This document shows positions 39,569-51,866 of a stretch of DNA of 64,000 nucleotides, piece by piece. This DNA comes from Octopus vulgaris (taxonomy: Eukaryota): assembly GCA_951406725.2 (NCBI GenBank), contig OX597826.1, forward strand, positions 2,914,001 to 2,978,000. The letters are read 5' to 3'. The notes under the pieces were generated by a model that worked only from the letters and a program-made list of their open reading frames with translations, was not told the origin of the DNA and did no database searches. The stretch's first letter is position 1; each line of letters begins with the position of its first letter. The translations under genes and the position numbers were made by a program.

Positions 39569-40123
39569 CACTGATGGAGTACCAGACAGTGGCACTTGTG
39601 GTTCTGATCTTAACTGATTAGAAGTGTTATCATTTACATTGTTTTGTCTTGGTATAAAAGATGGGCTACAGCAAATATTCTTCTCAATACAACAGATTTG
39701 CTTGCCAGCTGTTTGACCTTAATCAATTGAGCATGTCCCTTAGTGGCTGATAATATTTACATCTCTGATCACGAGCAGAAGTAGTGGGGAAGCATCATAG
39801 CCATGTGTTGAGAGGAATTCTTTGGGGTTTGGATAATTCACCTTTAGAAACACGGGTGTTTCGTTCAACATCCTTAAAAACCCACCCTTATTCAGGGACC
39901 TTTTGAGCGGGATGGGCTACTCGACCAAAAGAAAATTCTAACTGGGCCCAACCGCCAAGGCCATGCGCGGTTGATCATGATATGAGATCACAATGTCGCG
40001 CACATACGGTTGTGATGCATGTGTCTGGTGTACCCTTATCAGACGGGTAGTCATGACGGCTATACTGGGCTTCGTATATTTTACCCCAGTGTCACTTTGA
40101 TGACATGTTCTGCTCCCTCACGC
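39569..40123 (+). mobile_element. TAA-associated element C, longest copy
   Basis: ~555 bp with no convincing ORF. Ends ..CCCCAGTGTCACTTTGATGACATGTTCTGCTCCCTCACGC followed by (AAT)n. Confidence 0.9.
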
Positions 40124-40154
40124 AATAATAATAATACTAATAATAATAATACTG

Positions 40155-40233
<79 letters not shown>

Positions 40234-40245
40234 TAATAATCATAA

Positions 40246-41090
40246 TATGTGGTTTGTGATTCGTATGATACCCCTCACATATATCCTACGGAAAAAGTGC
40301 ATTGGGGTACATCTTGGAAAGTGGAGTAAGATTAAATCATCTGTTATATATGGATGACTTAAAAGTATTTGGGAAAACCGAATTTGAAATAAATGGCCAA
40401 GTTTCAATAGTGGAGTTATTCAGTAATTACATCGGAATGGAATTCGGGTTTAAACAGTGTGGTATGTTTATAATCGAAAGTTGCAAATTAATGTTGTCTG
40501 CTGTGTTAGAGCTACCCAACTGCGAGAAAATCAAGGATATTGAGACTAATATTTGGTGATTTTAGAATACGACAAAATTAAGTAAAGGAAAATGATGGAA
40601 AGATTTAGACGAGAATATCTCAGAAGGCACCAAATTAATTATGGGAAGTAGACTTGACGGAAAATGCAAGAACAGGGTATTGAATGCGAGATGGCGCAGG
40701 TGTTGTTAGGTAGACAAAGATGGAGTTTAAGGAAATGGACAGGAAAATCAGAAAATCGAGGACAATTAACAAGGAACGACACCCACCAAAGCGATACTGA
40801 GGGTCCGTATGTGCCTAGGAACAGGGGAAGAAGAGACCTCACAGGATGAATGATCTGTGTTGTCAACGAGTAGAATAGTCTGGGATGGTACATCAAACAG
40901 CAGAGTGAATCCTAGCTTGTCGCTGTTAGAATTAACAATACAATACCTGCCAAAAATGTGATGCATCCACAAACATTTAAGAAACAAGATGAAGTTGAAA
41001 GAGTAAACAATTGCATGGGCAATATCTCAGAAATCGAATGGAAAGACAAGATTGACACTTTGAGATGGCTAAAAAAATGTGATCTGAAAG
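40246..41090 (+). pseudogene. R4/Dong-type LINE RT fragment, family-3-like, decayed
   Basis: MIPLTYIL, LNHLLYMDDLKVFGK..IGMEFGFKQCG, HQSDTEGPYVPRNRGRRDL, LHGQY, WLKKCDLK. Confidence 0.88.
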
Positions 41091-41662
41091 ACCAAAAGCA
41101 ATAAAGTCAGTTTATTGATTGACATGAGCATACTCTGTGATCGGCAAAAGAATTCATTAAGCTTAGAAAATATTAAGATTTGCTAATCGAAATCGAAAAA
41201 AAATGTGGCATCGCAACACGGTTACTATGTCAGTGATAGTTGAAGATCTTGGATTGATCAAAAATTGAGCTGAAAATTATTTTAGAATGATCGTTGGCTT
41301 ACCATCCGTACAGCAAGCGCAAAAGATTCTCTCACCTTGCACATCAAACGTACTGAGAAGAGCATTGTGAATCGTATTTCCGTTTTTCTAATTTTTCTCC
41401 TTCCTTTCATTTTTGTATTTTTTCATGTTTTACACTTATATTTCTTTGGTTTTCCTTTTTTTCTTTTTCAATTCACTTTTTCATTTTTTTTCTCATCTTT
41501 TCCCTTTTTCTCTCTGCATTTCTCCCACTTTTTCTCTATCAGATGACTTCGTAACTGAACAATCTAGTGTATTTATACTAATCGCCTACCAATGTATACG
41601 GTGAGTTTCTCTTCCCTACGTGTCAGGAAGACACTCGGCAAGAAATGGAAGAAGAACTGAAA
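41085..41662 (+). pseudogene. R4/Dong-type LINE family 2, 3' end, decayed
   Basis: Nucleotide match to 48497-48970, including the UTR GCCTACCAATGTATAC..GGAAGACACTCGGCAAGAAATGGAAG. Confidence 0.85.
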
Positions 41663-41719
41663 GATGATAACGATGATGATGTTAATGATGATAATAATAA
41701 TAGTAATAATGATAATGAA

Positions 41720-41784
<65 letters not shown>

Positions 41785-41794
41785 TAATAATAAT

Positions 41795-42153
41795 AATACC
41801 GGCAGATGACAACGTGTCTCTAAAAGAAATGGAGAAACTCTCAAAATACAAAGATCTGGAAATAGAGGTAACTAGAATGTGGAATCTGAAAACAGAAACA
41901 ATTCCTATCATAGTAGGTGCATTAGGCATGATAAAAAAATATTCAGACAAATACATAACAAAAACACCAGGACTTACAAACACATATAACATACAGAAAA
42001 TTGCACTACTAGGCACTGCACACATCCTACGCAGAACACTTTCCATACAATAACCATCAGAGCATCACAACAAATCACAGCACATACCCAAGGCACACAG
42101 AGCTGCGCTCGGTAGTGAAGTGAAAGCACGCTATAAAAATAAAAATAAAACTA

Positions 42154-42157
<4 letters not shown>
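41795..42157 (+). mobile_element. R4/Dong-type LINE family 1, 5'-truncated
   Basis: Nearly identical to 14151-14507. Stop at 42053. TAA tracts on both sides. Confidence 0.93.
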
Positions 42158-42193
<36 letters not shown>

Positions 42194-44134
42194 TAATATT
42201 TTCAAATTTTGGTACAAGAGGGAAATTTCTGGGGAGGGAGTATATTCGATTAAATCAGCCATTGTGCTTAGCTACTAATTAGTTTATCAACCTCGAGAGG
42301 ATGAAGTGCAAAGCTGACCTCGTAGGAATTTCTAATTCGAAACTGAAAATGAAAGGAATATAGCTAAGGAATATGTCTGCCGTGCCTACTATTCTGCCTG
42401 CTGACAACTACTACTACATACCACCATCACCTTCACTACCACTATCACCACCACCACCTTCACTACTACCACCACCACCACCACCACCACCACCACCACC
42501 ACCACCACCACTACCACTACTACTACTACTACTGTTCATGCTGGTGATGCTGATGATGATGCTGCTGATTATGATAATGATGATGACGGCGACAATGACA
42601 ACGGCGACGATGACAACGCCGATGATGATGATGATGATGATGACGTCAACGACGACGATGATGATATTATCATAGAGTTAAGCCCAAACAGATTTTTATA
42701 TTACGTTCAGCACAGAAAACCCTACTTTTAATTTGAGCATACAGTCTACACCCTATATCTTGTGTATCATAAAAGGTATTGATTGAAAACTTATTAGCAA
42801 TTCAGTCCACAGTATTTGCAACAGTCACTTTCTATGTCAATATCATGGCCAGCGGAATAATCAAAAAATTTCAGAAAGCCTTCTCTTCACTCTGCAAGAA
42901 ATTTCTAATGGTATTTCCACCAAAGGTAGGAAATGCTGTGCGCAGAAATATTCAGCGTGCGTCTCAGACGTAATTTCAATCCAATATTATCTCTGATAAA
43001 CGTGGTGTGACTCAGAATGTGTCTGAAACTCTGAAGATCTGAGGTGGTTCAGGTATTCTAGAATTATAAATATCTGTAAATATTTTCAAGTTCTTTTCTT
43101 TACCCATTCTGCATATGCAGCAGAAATGTTGCATTCGTCTGATTTTGATACATTTCGATACAATCATATTTATCATTTAAAATATTCTTTTCGATAACTT
43201 CAACCGTTCATCCTAAGCAGTTTTTTCGGCGTTTCGCTTCGATTCCTTTCCTTCGGTTTTGGTGTGTGCTTATGACCGGCCGCAGAATTTCAGTAGTGTT
43301 TGTTGTAGATGGCTTTGCAGATGCTGTACCTGTTGTAAACGTTATGTTTTAACTGTTGCAGCAGTCGTAAAGTCAAAGTAAGACTGATTGGTATAAGTAA
43401 CAAGAAGAAAACTGATTAGACCAAACAAGCCAATGTAAACCTAATTACGGTCTATAAGAAAAAGAAACGAACATAATATGTAACTTTATAAGGAAAAAAT
43501 TGAATTAACCGAAATAAGGCGAAGGTAATTACACATAGCAAAATGTTTTATGACAAGATAGCACGACTAGAAGAGTGGGAATGCGATGAAAAAAAATCAA
43601 AGTTGAACTACAAAGAGAAATAACAATAACTGCAGAGAAGACACTCGGGATGATACATAATTTAAGTCACTGGATAGAGAGAAACAACGCTGGGATTCAA
43701 AATTGTAGCAACGCTCAAGCTCAACTAGAATATTTAGTCTGATTTAAGTGGTATAAGCTCATTCTATGCATAATAATACCTCAAAATATACCATGATGAT
43801 AAATGTTCATTCCAGTAATATGACTGAGCTAGGAGCTTGCACATTTTAGCTGCTTACGTGCAAAAATATAATATAACCACTTTTATGAGTAGTACGTAAG
43901 TACCTCCTTTTGTATTTCGTTAATATTATGAATTTGTATTCATGTTCTTCAATATATGGAGTATAATAAATTTTGTATCTCGTATTTTGGATATTTATCA
44001 TTATTTCCACAATATCATAACCGAATAATCAACTTCTAATTGAAATATAAATAGACAGATAGATATATGGATGGATGGATAAATAAATAGATAGGTAGAT
44101 ATATATATATATACATACATATATATATATATAT

Positions 44135-44167
<33 letters not shown>

Positions 44168-44977
44168 GGCAAATAGACATAGGCAAACGGACAGACATAT
44201 AGACAGATAAATAGAAGGCAAGATTGACGGAATGAGAAATGCATACGCAGGAAGCCTGCTTTCGGGTAGAATTAATGCTCCAGGTGTAATGTGACAATTT
44301 ATCTCAAAGTACGTATCTGTTTGCTATTCTTTAACGTTCTTCTAACTCTGTCATGCACTTAAGTAGTGTACATTTAAACATTCGCTTTTGTTTTTGATGT
44401 TGACGAAAATTGGTACAATATTCAGGGAACGAAAGCAAAAACCTTATCATGTTGAAAATCGTTTGCAATGTGATATACTCAGCATATATCTTAAGCACAA
44501 AGCCTGAGCTTCTGCTAAATCCTGAAGCATTATGCTATTCGACGTACAATATACAGCAGCAAATGAATATGTTCCATGATATACACTTATATAGAATGCT
44601 ATAAGTATTTACTACATGTCATATCCTAATTCCCAGATTTGGCTACAGACCGCCGGGCCAATTTTCTTATTCCATGTAATTTGATATATACGCAAATTTT
44701 CTTCAAAGAGAAACGCTTTTAAAACCATTTTTATATTATAATATTTCCAGATATTCTATATTTCTATTTACATTTATATAAATATTAAAAGCTAAATGTC
44801 AGAAAATAACTTTCAAATACGCCGTGGATTGTTTTGCGTGAAAGGAACTAATCCAGACAAAAGAATACAAAAAACTCATATATAAACACGAATATAGTGA
44901 AATGATATCACTGTTGATAAATATCATTTCATTTTGCTGGCGATAGATACGTGTGCACACACATACATGTGTATATA

Positions 44978-45015
<38 letters not shown>

Positions 45016-45491
45016 AATGCACACATACATAAGTAGGTGTATATATGCATATGTATCTACATACATACACCCCCCCACACACATATATATATATACATGC
45101 ATACATACATATATATATGAGTTTCTTTACTGAGAAACACGGATGTAAAATTCTCAATAAAAAGAGACAAACCGAAAAATATAAATCAAAGAACAATTTA
45201 TTAGAAAAGATTATGATTGATTCCAATGCTAAGAACATCGTTGTCATTGATGAATGGCGACTTTAATCTCATACATATGGAAATATGTAGCACAATATAG
45301 AATATAATGAAAACATTTATTTTTGTTTTCTCTATATTCGCCATATTACATTTTATATTCACTATCAATCGAGATTTCCATTATTTATAGGTTTCAAAAT
45401 TAGGTTAGGAGACCAATTCTGCATAGAAGAAAATTCATCATTTGAACCGATATGAAAAATAATGCATGCGTATGCGTAATGGCACATTCAT

Positions 45492-45577
<86 letters not shown>

Positions 45578-45595
45578 GTATATATACATAGATAC

Positions 45596-45633
<38 letters not shown>

Positions 45634-45905
45634 TCATTGTGTGTACGTGTGGGTGTATGTAGGTGTAAAATGCATATTTTCTTATTGGCATGGATATGGA
45701 TATATATGAGGATATAAATGTTCGTTCTTTATGGACTTACCTGATTATAATTTTTCTCCGTTTAAATCGTTAATATCTTTTTCACAAACATATTTAAGTG
45801 CTGCGCGCTCTCCTCTCATTCGTTGCCGCAAATTTTATAACAATAAATCTATGCCTATTTATTTCGCTCTGCATTGCAAATATACGCACACATACATATG
45901 CTCAA

Positions 45906-45940
<35 letters not shown>

Positions 45941-45988
45941 TACATATACACTCACACCCATGCTCACACACTCAAAAATATATATAAG

Positions 45989-46022
<34 letters not shown>

Positions 46023-46061
46023 CATACATATATGTATATCGTCTACGTCTGGTATGCATGA

Positions 46062-46200
<139 letters not shown>

Positions 46201-46855
46201 TCGGTATATGAATCAGTGTATGTACCTGTTGATTCGTGTGTGCGTCTTAGTGTATCCTAATATGAATCGATGTATTTTTGTGTATTGTATTCCTTCCATT
46301 AACATATTATTTCGGATATAAATGTGAAACTGGGTGAAAATAATAAATGATAATTTAATGGGACGAGAAGTCTATGGTTTTTGAAGTAGAATGAGAATGG
46401 CAGCATACACAGATATACATCTGGAAGTATATATGAGTAATAGAATTCATATTGCAATTTCTCTTTATAATGGTTTAAAATTTTGGCACAAAGCCAGGCA
46501 TTTCGAGGAAGAGGTAATTTCTTTTATATCAACTGGTACTCATTCTATCGACCCCGAAAAGAGGAAAGACAAAGACGACCCCGGTGAAATTTGAACGTGG
46601 GCCGTAAAGACAAGCGAAATGCCGCTAAGCACTTCACCTGGTTTTTGAGAAATTCTGCTGACTTACCGCCCTTATATTTCTCTTAAAACTACTGTTAAAT
46701 ATTATTGCTCTTAAGGCCAGCAGCCCTTGGAACAAGGAGCACGTCTATTACATCACGCCCGATAATTTGATTGGTACATCAATCTTAGACGATTAGTAGT
46801 TAACGTCAACCTTGGCTGTATTTTAACTCAGAGGGTAATGGTGCAGAAGAACTAC

Positions 46856-46930
<75 letters not shown>

Positions 46931-46931
<1 letters not shown>

Positions 46932-48980
46932 GGATTGACTACAAAAAGGCCTTCGACAGTATACCGCATCCATGGATCTTGAGATCGCTGGACATCTTCA
47001 AAATTTCCCCTGTGATTTCAAACTTCCTGAAGCACAATATGTCGTTGTGGAATACGAATATCCAATTATACCACTCTAATGGAGTACTTGCCTCAGAAAA
47101 TATAAACATCAACTGTGGAATTTTTCAAGGTGACTCACTTTCACCTTTAATATTCTGCATAGCCCTAATACCCCTTATAAGTGAATTAAACAGAACAGGG
47201 TATGGGTATAAAATTGCCAATAAAAAAATAAGCCATCTATTTTATATGGATGACTTAAAACTTTATGGTAAAGACAATAATGAACTTGAAGGCCTATTGC
47301 GCACCGTGAAAGCACTCAGCGATGACATCGGGATGGAGTTTGGACTTAAGAAGTGTGCCAAGGTCACTTTCCAGAAAGGGAAAGTGAAGACCACAAATTC
47401 AGTCGTGTTAGATGTTGACACAGTCATAAGAGAGCTTGAGCAAGAACAAACATACAAATATTTAGGGATAAATGAAGGCTCTGGTATTCAGCATGCAAGC
47501 ATGAAAGAGAAAATCAGGAAGGAATGTTATAGGAGAGTTCGTGCAGTCCTGAAATCTGAACTAAATGCACGTAACAAGGTGTTAGTTATAAATTCCTTAG
47601 CAGTTCCAGTTGTTACTTATAGCTACAATGTGTTGAACTGGAATATGAGTGAAGTAAAGAATATAGATAGAAAAATACGCAAGCTGCTGAGTTGTAATAG
47701 GATGCACCACCCAAAGGCAGACGTAGATCGCCTTTACCTTCCCAGAGCCCAAGGAGGTCGAGGCCTGATCCAATTTGAACTAGCTTACAAAACAACCACA
47801 ATTGGACTGGCCAAATATCTCGAAATATCGAATGACTGGATGCTAAAGCTTGTGGAAAATCACGAGAGACGAAAGAAGCTTCATTCTATCATAAAGGAAA
47901 GCAAAAAGTTGCTATTGATCTCGTGCAGGATACCCAAACTGAACAACCCGAGGGAAGTACGGCAACTATTGTTGCAAAGAAGGTGAAAATGATGGCAATG
48001 AAAAAAGCGCACGAGCAATAGGCTGATAGGTGGGAGGAGAAACCTCTGCACGGCAAATATGTGACCCGCAGCAAACAAGCTGATGTTGACCAGAAGCAAA
48101 CCCATCAGTGGCTACGGAGCTCAGGGCTAAAAGCAGAGAGCGAAGGTTTCATCCTGGCTGCTCAAGATCAAAGCCTATTAACCCGGAACTACCAGGCCAA
48201 TGTGATGAAAAATGGAGCAGACCCAAAATGCCGATTCTGCAACGACATGATTGAAACAGTGGACCACCTAATCTCTGGATGTAAAGTCTTAGCACCAGTG
48301 GAGTATAAATTAAGACATGACAGAGTTGGCCAATATCTCCACTGGCTAATAAGTCGGCATTACAATATCAAAACTGCCGACAAGTGGTATAATCACCACC
48401 CTGAGGCTGTAACTCAAGGAGAAAATGTAACCATTCTGTGGGACTTTCCAGTACATACAGACCGAACCATCAAGGCCAATAAACCAGATATTGTTGTGAA
48501 AGACCAAAACAATAAAGTTTGTATTTTGATCGACATGAGCATCCCCTGTGATCATAATATCTCAGCGAAAGAGTTTGACAAGCTCAGAAAATATAAAGAC
48601 CTACTCATTGAAATTGAGAAAATGTGACACCTCAAGGCGGTTACAATACCAGTGATCGTAGGAGCACTAGGAATGATCAAGAAGGGAACCGAAAATTATA
48701 TGAGAATGATCCCTGGCTTACCATCCCTGCAAGAAGTGAAAAAGATTGTCTTAACTGGTACATCACACGTATTGAGAACAGCATTGTCGATGTGAGAACT
48801 GTTGCTGCTCATGTATTTTAATTTAACTTTAAAAAAAAAATTAAAAAATAGAAAAAAAATGAACGAACTACTGAGTTTGGTTTAATGGCCTACCAATGTA
48901 TACTATGAGTTTCTTTGCCCTAGGAGTCGGGAAGACACTCGGCAAGAAATGGAAGCAAATTTGAAAGAAGAAAAAAAAAG
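46931..48980 (+). mobile_element. R4/Dong-type LINE family 2, 5'-truncated: RT, CCHC finger, restriction-like endonuclease and 3' UTR
   Basis: IDYKKAFDSIPH, GIFQGDSLSP, HLFYMDDLK, YKYLGI, GGRGL, CRFC..ETVDHLISGC, RHD, KPDIVV..IDMSIP..KYKDL, PVIVGALG. Lesions: frameshift near 47908, TAG at 48019, TGA at 48625. Natural stop at 48795. TAA on both sides. Confidence 0.96.
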
Positions 48981-49004
48981 TAATAATAATAATAATAATA
49001 ATGT

Positions 49005-49495
49005 TAAAGTGGTACGAGCATACACCCGAAGGCATCATCGAAATGGATAATGCAAAAATCCTATGGGATTTTATGATTTAGGGTTACCATGAGATAGAGA
49101 ATAAGAAACCAGACATAGTGTAATTGAGAAAGAAAGCACGCGATGCTGGATATAGATATAGCATGCCCATCTGACATTAGATTATGCGATAAAGAAGAAA
49201 AATATCAAAAGATATTACAGGTTTGGAATGTTAAGCAGTTGGGTCACTGCAAAAGGTGGTAGAATTATCAATAAGTGTCGGAGCCTAAGGAACAGTGAGT
49301 AAAAATCATTGTGAGGCACTTGTAAAAAATAGGGGCTGCAATAAGGGTGAAGCACTTGCAGAAAACAACACTGCTTGGAACCACTCTAATACTCCGGATG
49401 GCACTCAAACAATAAGGCGTGTTACCTTACTTTACTTGTAGTGAACAACTGACACCGTAGTACATCTCCAGGGCTTGAAACTGTGCAAAGGCAAT
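49005..49495 (+). pseudogene. R4/Dong-type LINE RLE domain plus 3' UTR, older family
   Basis: KWYEHTPEGII, AKILWDFMI*GYHEIENKKPDIV, IDIACP, HLQKTTLLGTTLILR. Starts after TAA and ends at AATAATATAATAA. Confidence 0.82.
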
Positions 49496-49559
49496 AATAT
49501 AATAAAGAAAAAACAATAAGTAGGCTTGGTCATCATCAAGCTACTGCTGAACATCAGTA

Positions 49560-49810
49560 GAGCGAGAAAGAGATTAAAATGAATGGAGAACAACAGATTG
49601 TTGTTAGAATGCTGTGTTAGGAACAAACCAGCGAAAATATTATATAGGAACAGTTTATTAGAGATCTGGAAAAAATATCACTATGAAGAACTGAAGGATG
49701 TGAATGAACTAAGTTTGGCTTATCAGATCAAGGAAATTAAGACCAACATATGCTTAGAAAAGATAGAAAAAGAGGTGATAATAATGGCAGGGAGAAATGA
49801 AGTGCAATGA
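49560..49810 (+). pseudogene. N-terminal segment of an R4/Dong-type ORF
   Basis: ENNRLLLECC..YRNSLLEIWK..NELSLAYQIKEIK..LEKIEKEVI resembles the R4-clade N-terminal pattern YRxxxxxIW..EQRLADQ as I recall it. Confidence 0.55.
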
Positions 49811-50713
49811 ACTATAGGCCCATAAGAAATTCACATACAACAAGAGATTCGACAAGGCTGGGGCATACAGGTAGTGAATCTGGAATATACAGAAACCATT
49901 AGTGTACTTCGAAATAGAGAAGCACCGGAAGAAATTATCCCAGAACTAGCTAAAAATTATTACAAGGGTTTCAAATTTTAGCAAAACTTCAGCATTTTTT
50001 TTCGCAATGGAATAATAGATGACATCGAACCTAATTTACAGCTGGTACTTACATCACCGTTCCCAAAAAGATGAAACGCGAAGTCGGTGTTTGTATTCTG
50101 TCCCCAAAGACAAATTTGTTATAGTGGATTTGAAACGAGATTCTGAAATGATATAAATAAATATACATTTGTATTTACATCGATTCTACTAACCACATTC
50201 CTCTAAAAACTATTAATATTAAAGTATATATGAATAAATATTAGAAAAACTATTTTAAATACTAGCTGATAAAATCTCATGGATTTTATTGAAGAGACAT
50301 CAATCTATTTCACCGCTGTATTATAGGTCAATATATTCGATTTAAACCAATCAGTATTTTCGTGTTTGATCATATTTGTGGGATTATCTTCCGTTGATTA
50401 ATTCGCAAAATGATTGATTTACATTTTAGTACTGTTTATAGAATTGAAATGTGTATAATTTTTTCCAAAGTAAATGAGAAAAACAAAACATATTTTCTCC
50501 ATCACAAGAAGAAATGATTATTATTTATTATCCGTTTCTCAATGTGCACATCAATCATTATTCATCTATCACACACACACATACACACACACACACACAC
50601 ACATATGTATATATATATATATGCGCGTGTATGTGTTGGGTATCTGTGTATAATAATTGGGATATGAATGTTCAAACAGCACAACCAATAACTGGCATTT
50701 AAACATGTAGGTA

Positions 50714-50899
50714 TACTCTTTTACTTGTTTCAGTCATTTCACTGTGGCCATACTGGAGCACCCAGGGCCTATTCTTTGTAAATCTAGTACTTATTCTATC
50801 GGTCTCTTTTGCTGAACCGCTAACTTACGGGAACTTAAACATCGGTTGTCAAGCGATGTTGGGGGGACAATCACAGACGCACAAACATATACATAGACT

Positions 50900-50934
<35 letters not shown>

Positions 50935-51082
50935 GACGGGCTTCTTTCAGTTTCCATCTACCAAATCCACACACAGAGCTTTGGTTGACCCGAGGCTACA
51001 GGAGAAGACAGTAGCCTCAGACACTGAACCCGGAACCATGTGATTGATAAGCAAGCTACTTACCACACAGCCACTCCTACGC
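50714..51082 (-). mobile_element. SINE family A
   Basis: Reverse complement of family A with internal deletions. Confidence 0.88.
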
Positions 51083-51792
51083 TTAAGACTGTATGGAGAA
51101 GACAGGCGTTATAATTCACACATAATTTTTTTTAATGTGCAGTTTCATATTTTCCTGAATACACGTAAAAAATGAAACAAAGGAAGCAAGATTGGTGATA
51201 AACTAACTGGATATATCCTACATTCATTTCCTTTTGAATATATATAAAACGTACAATACATGAGAAAATTACTTCGTATTATCATTAGAGAAATGCTACT
51301 CATATACTTAGTATTATTTATGGATTAATGTCATTGCTACAAGCAAAATATAAGCAAACAACCGATAGTTATTAGAGCATCCTGTCATTAGGTTTTCAGT
51401 TTACATACGTAAAATTGTACGTGTTTGTCATTATGTGCATGTTTGTGAATAGGTTTGGTTCTGCGTTTGGCGTCAATCTATTCCTATACGAACTCAGGTT
51501 TTAAAGATTTGTACAAGCATTTTGGTGTGGCGTCTCCTCTTCAGGTACCGAGATAGAACAGAGCACCACAGCGAGCAACCAGTCATTCAATGATGACGGG
51601 AAGAACATAAGTGTGACACACACAAACACACTCATACACACACGCACACGCATTCAGACCACGGAACATCACAAAACTAAACACTAATATCTAAGCTTAA
51701 TAATATTGTACGTTTAGAATTTTACAAAAAAACGGGGGAAATCCAATAATCCAGCATCAATGTAAGTAATCGCCACAACCCTTGAATTCATA

Positions 51793-51866
51793 TGTTGTAC
51801 TTTTCTAAAATGTTGTACTTTTCTAAAATGTTGTACTTTTCTAAAATGTTGGACTTTTCTAAAATG
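51793..51866. repeat. 18 bp minisatellite, 4 copies
   Basis: TGTTGTACTTTTCTAAAA at 51793, 51811, 51829 and 51847 (last copy has one mismatch). Confidence 0.95.

Noticed and set aside
46838-47986. 382 aa ORF as an intact gene
   Set aside because: Its start runs through a TAA tract. It is a 5'-truncated, frameshifted LINE fragment.
51793-51866. 18 bp repeats as CRISPR
   Set aside because: Head-to-tail with no spacers.
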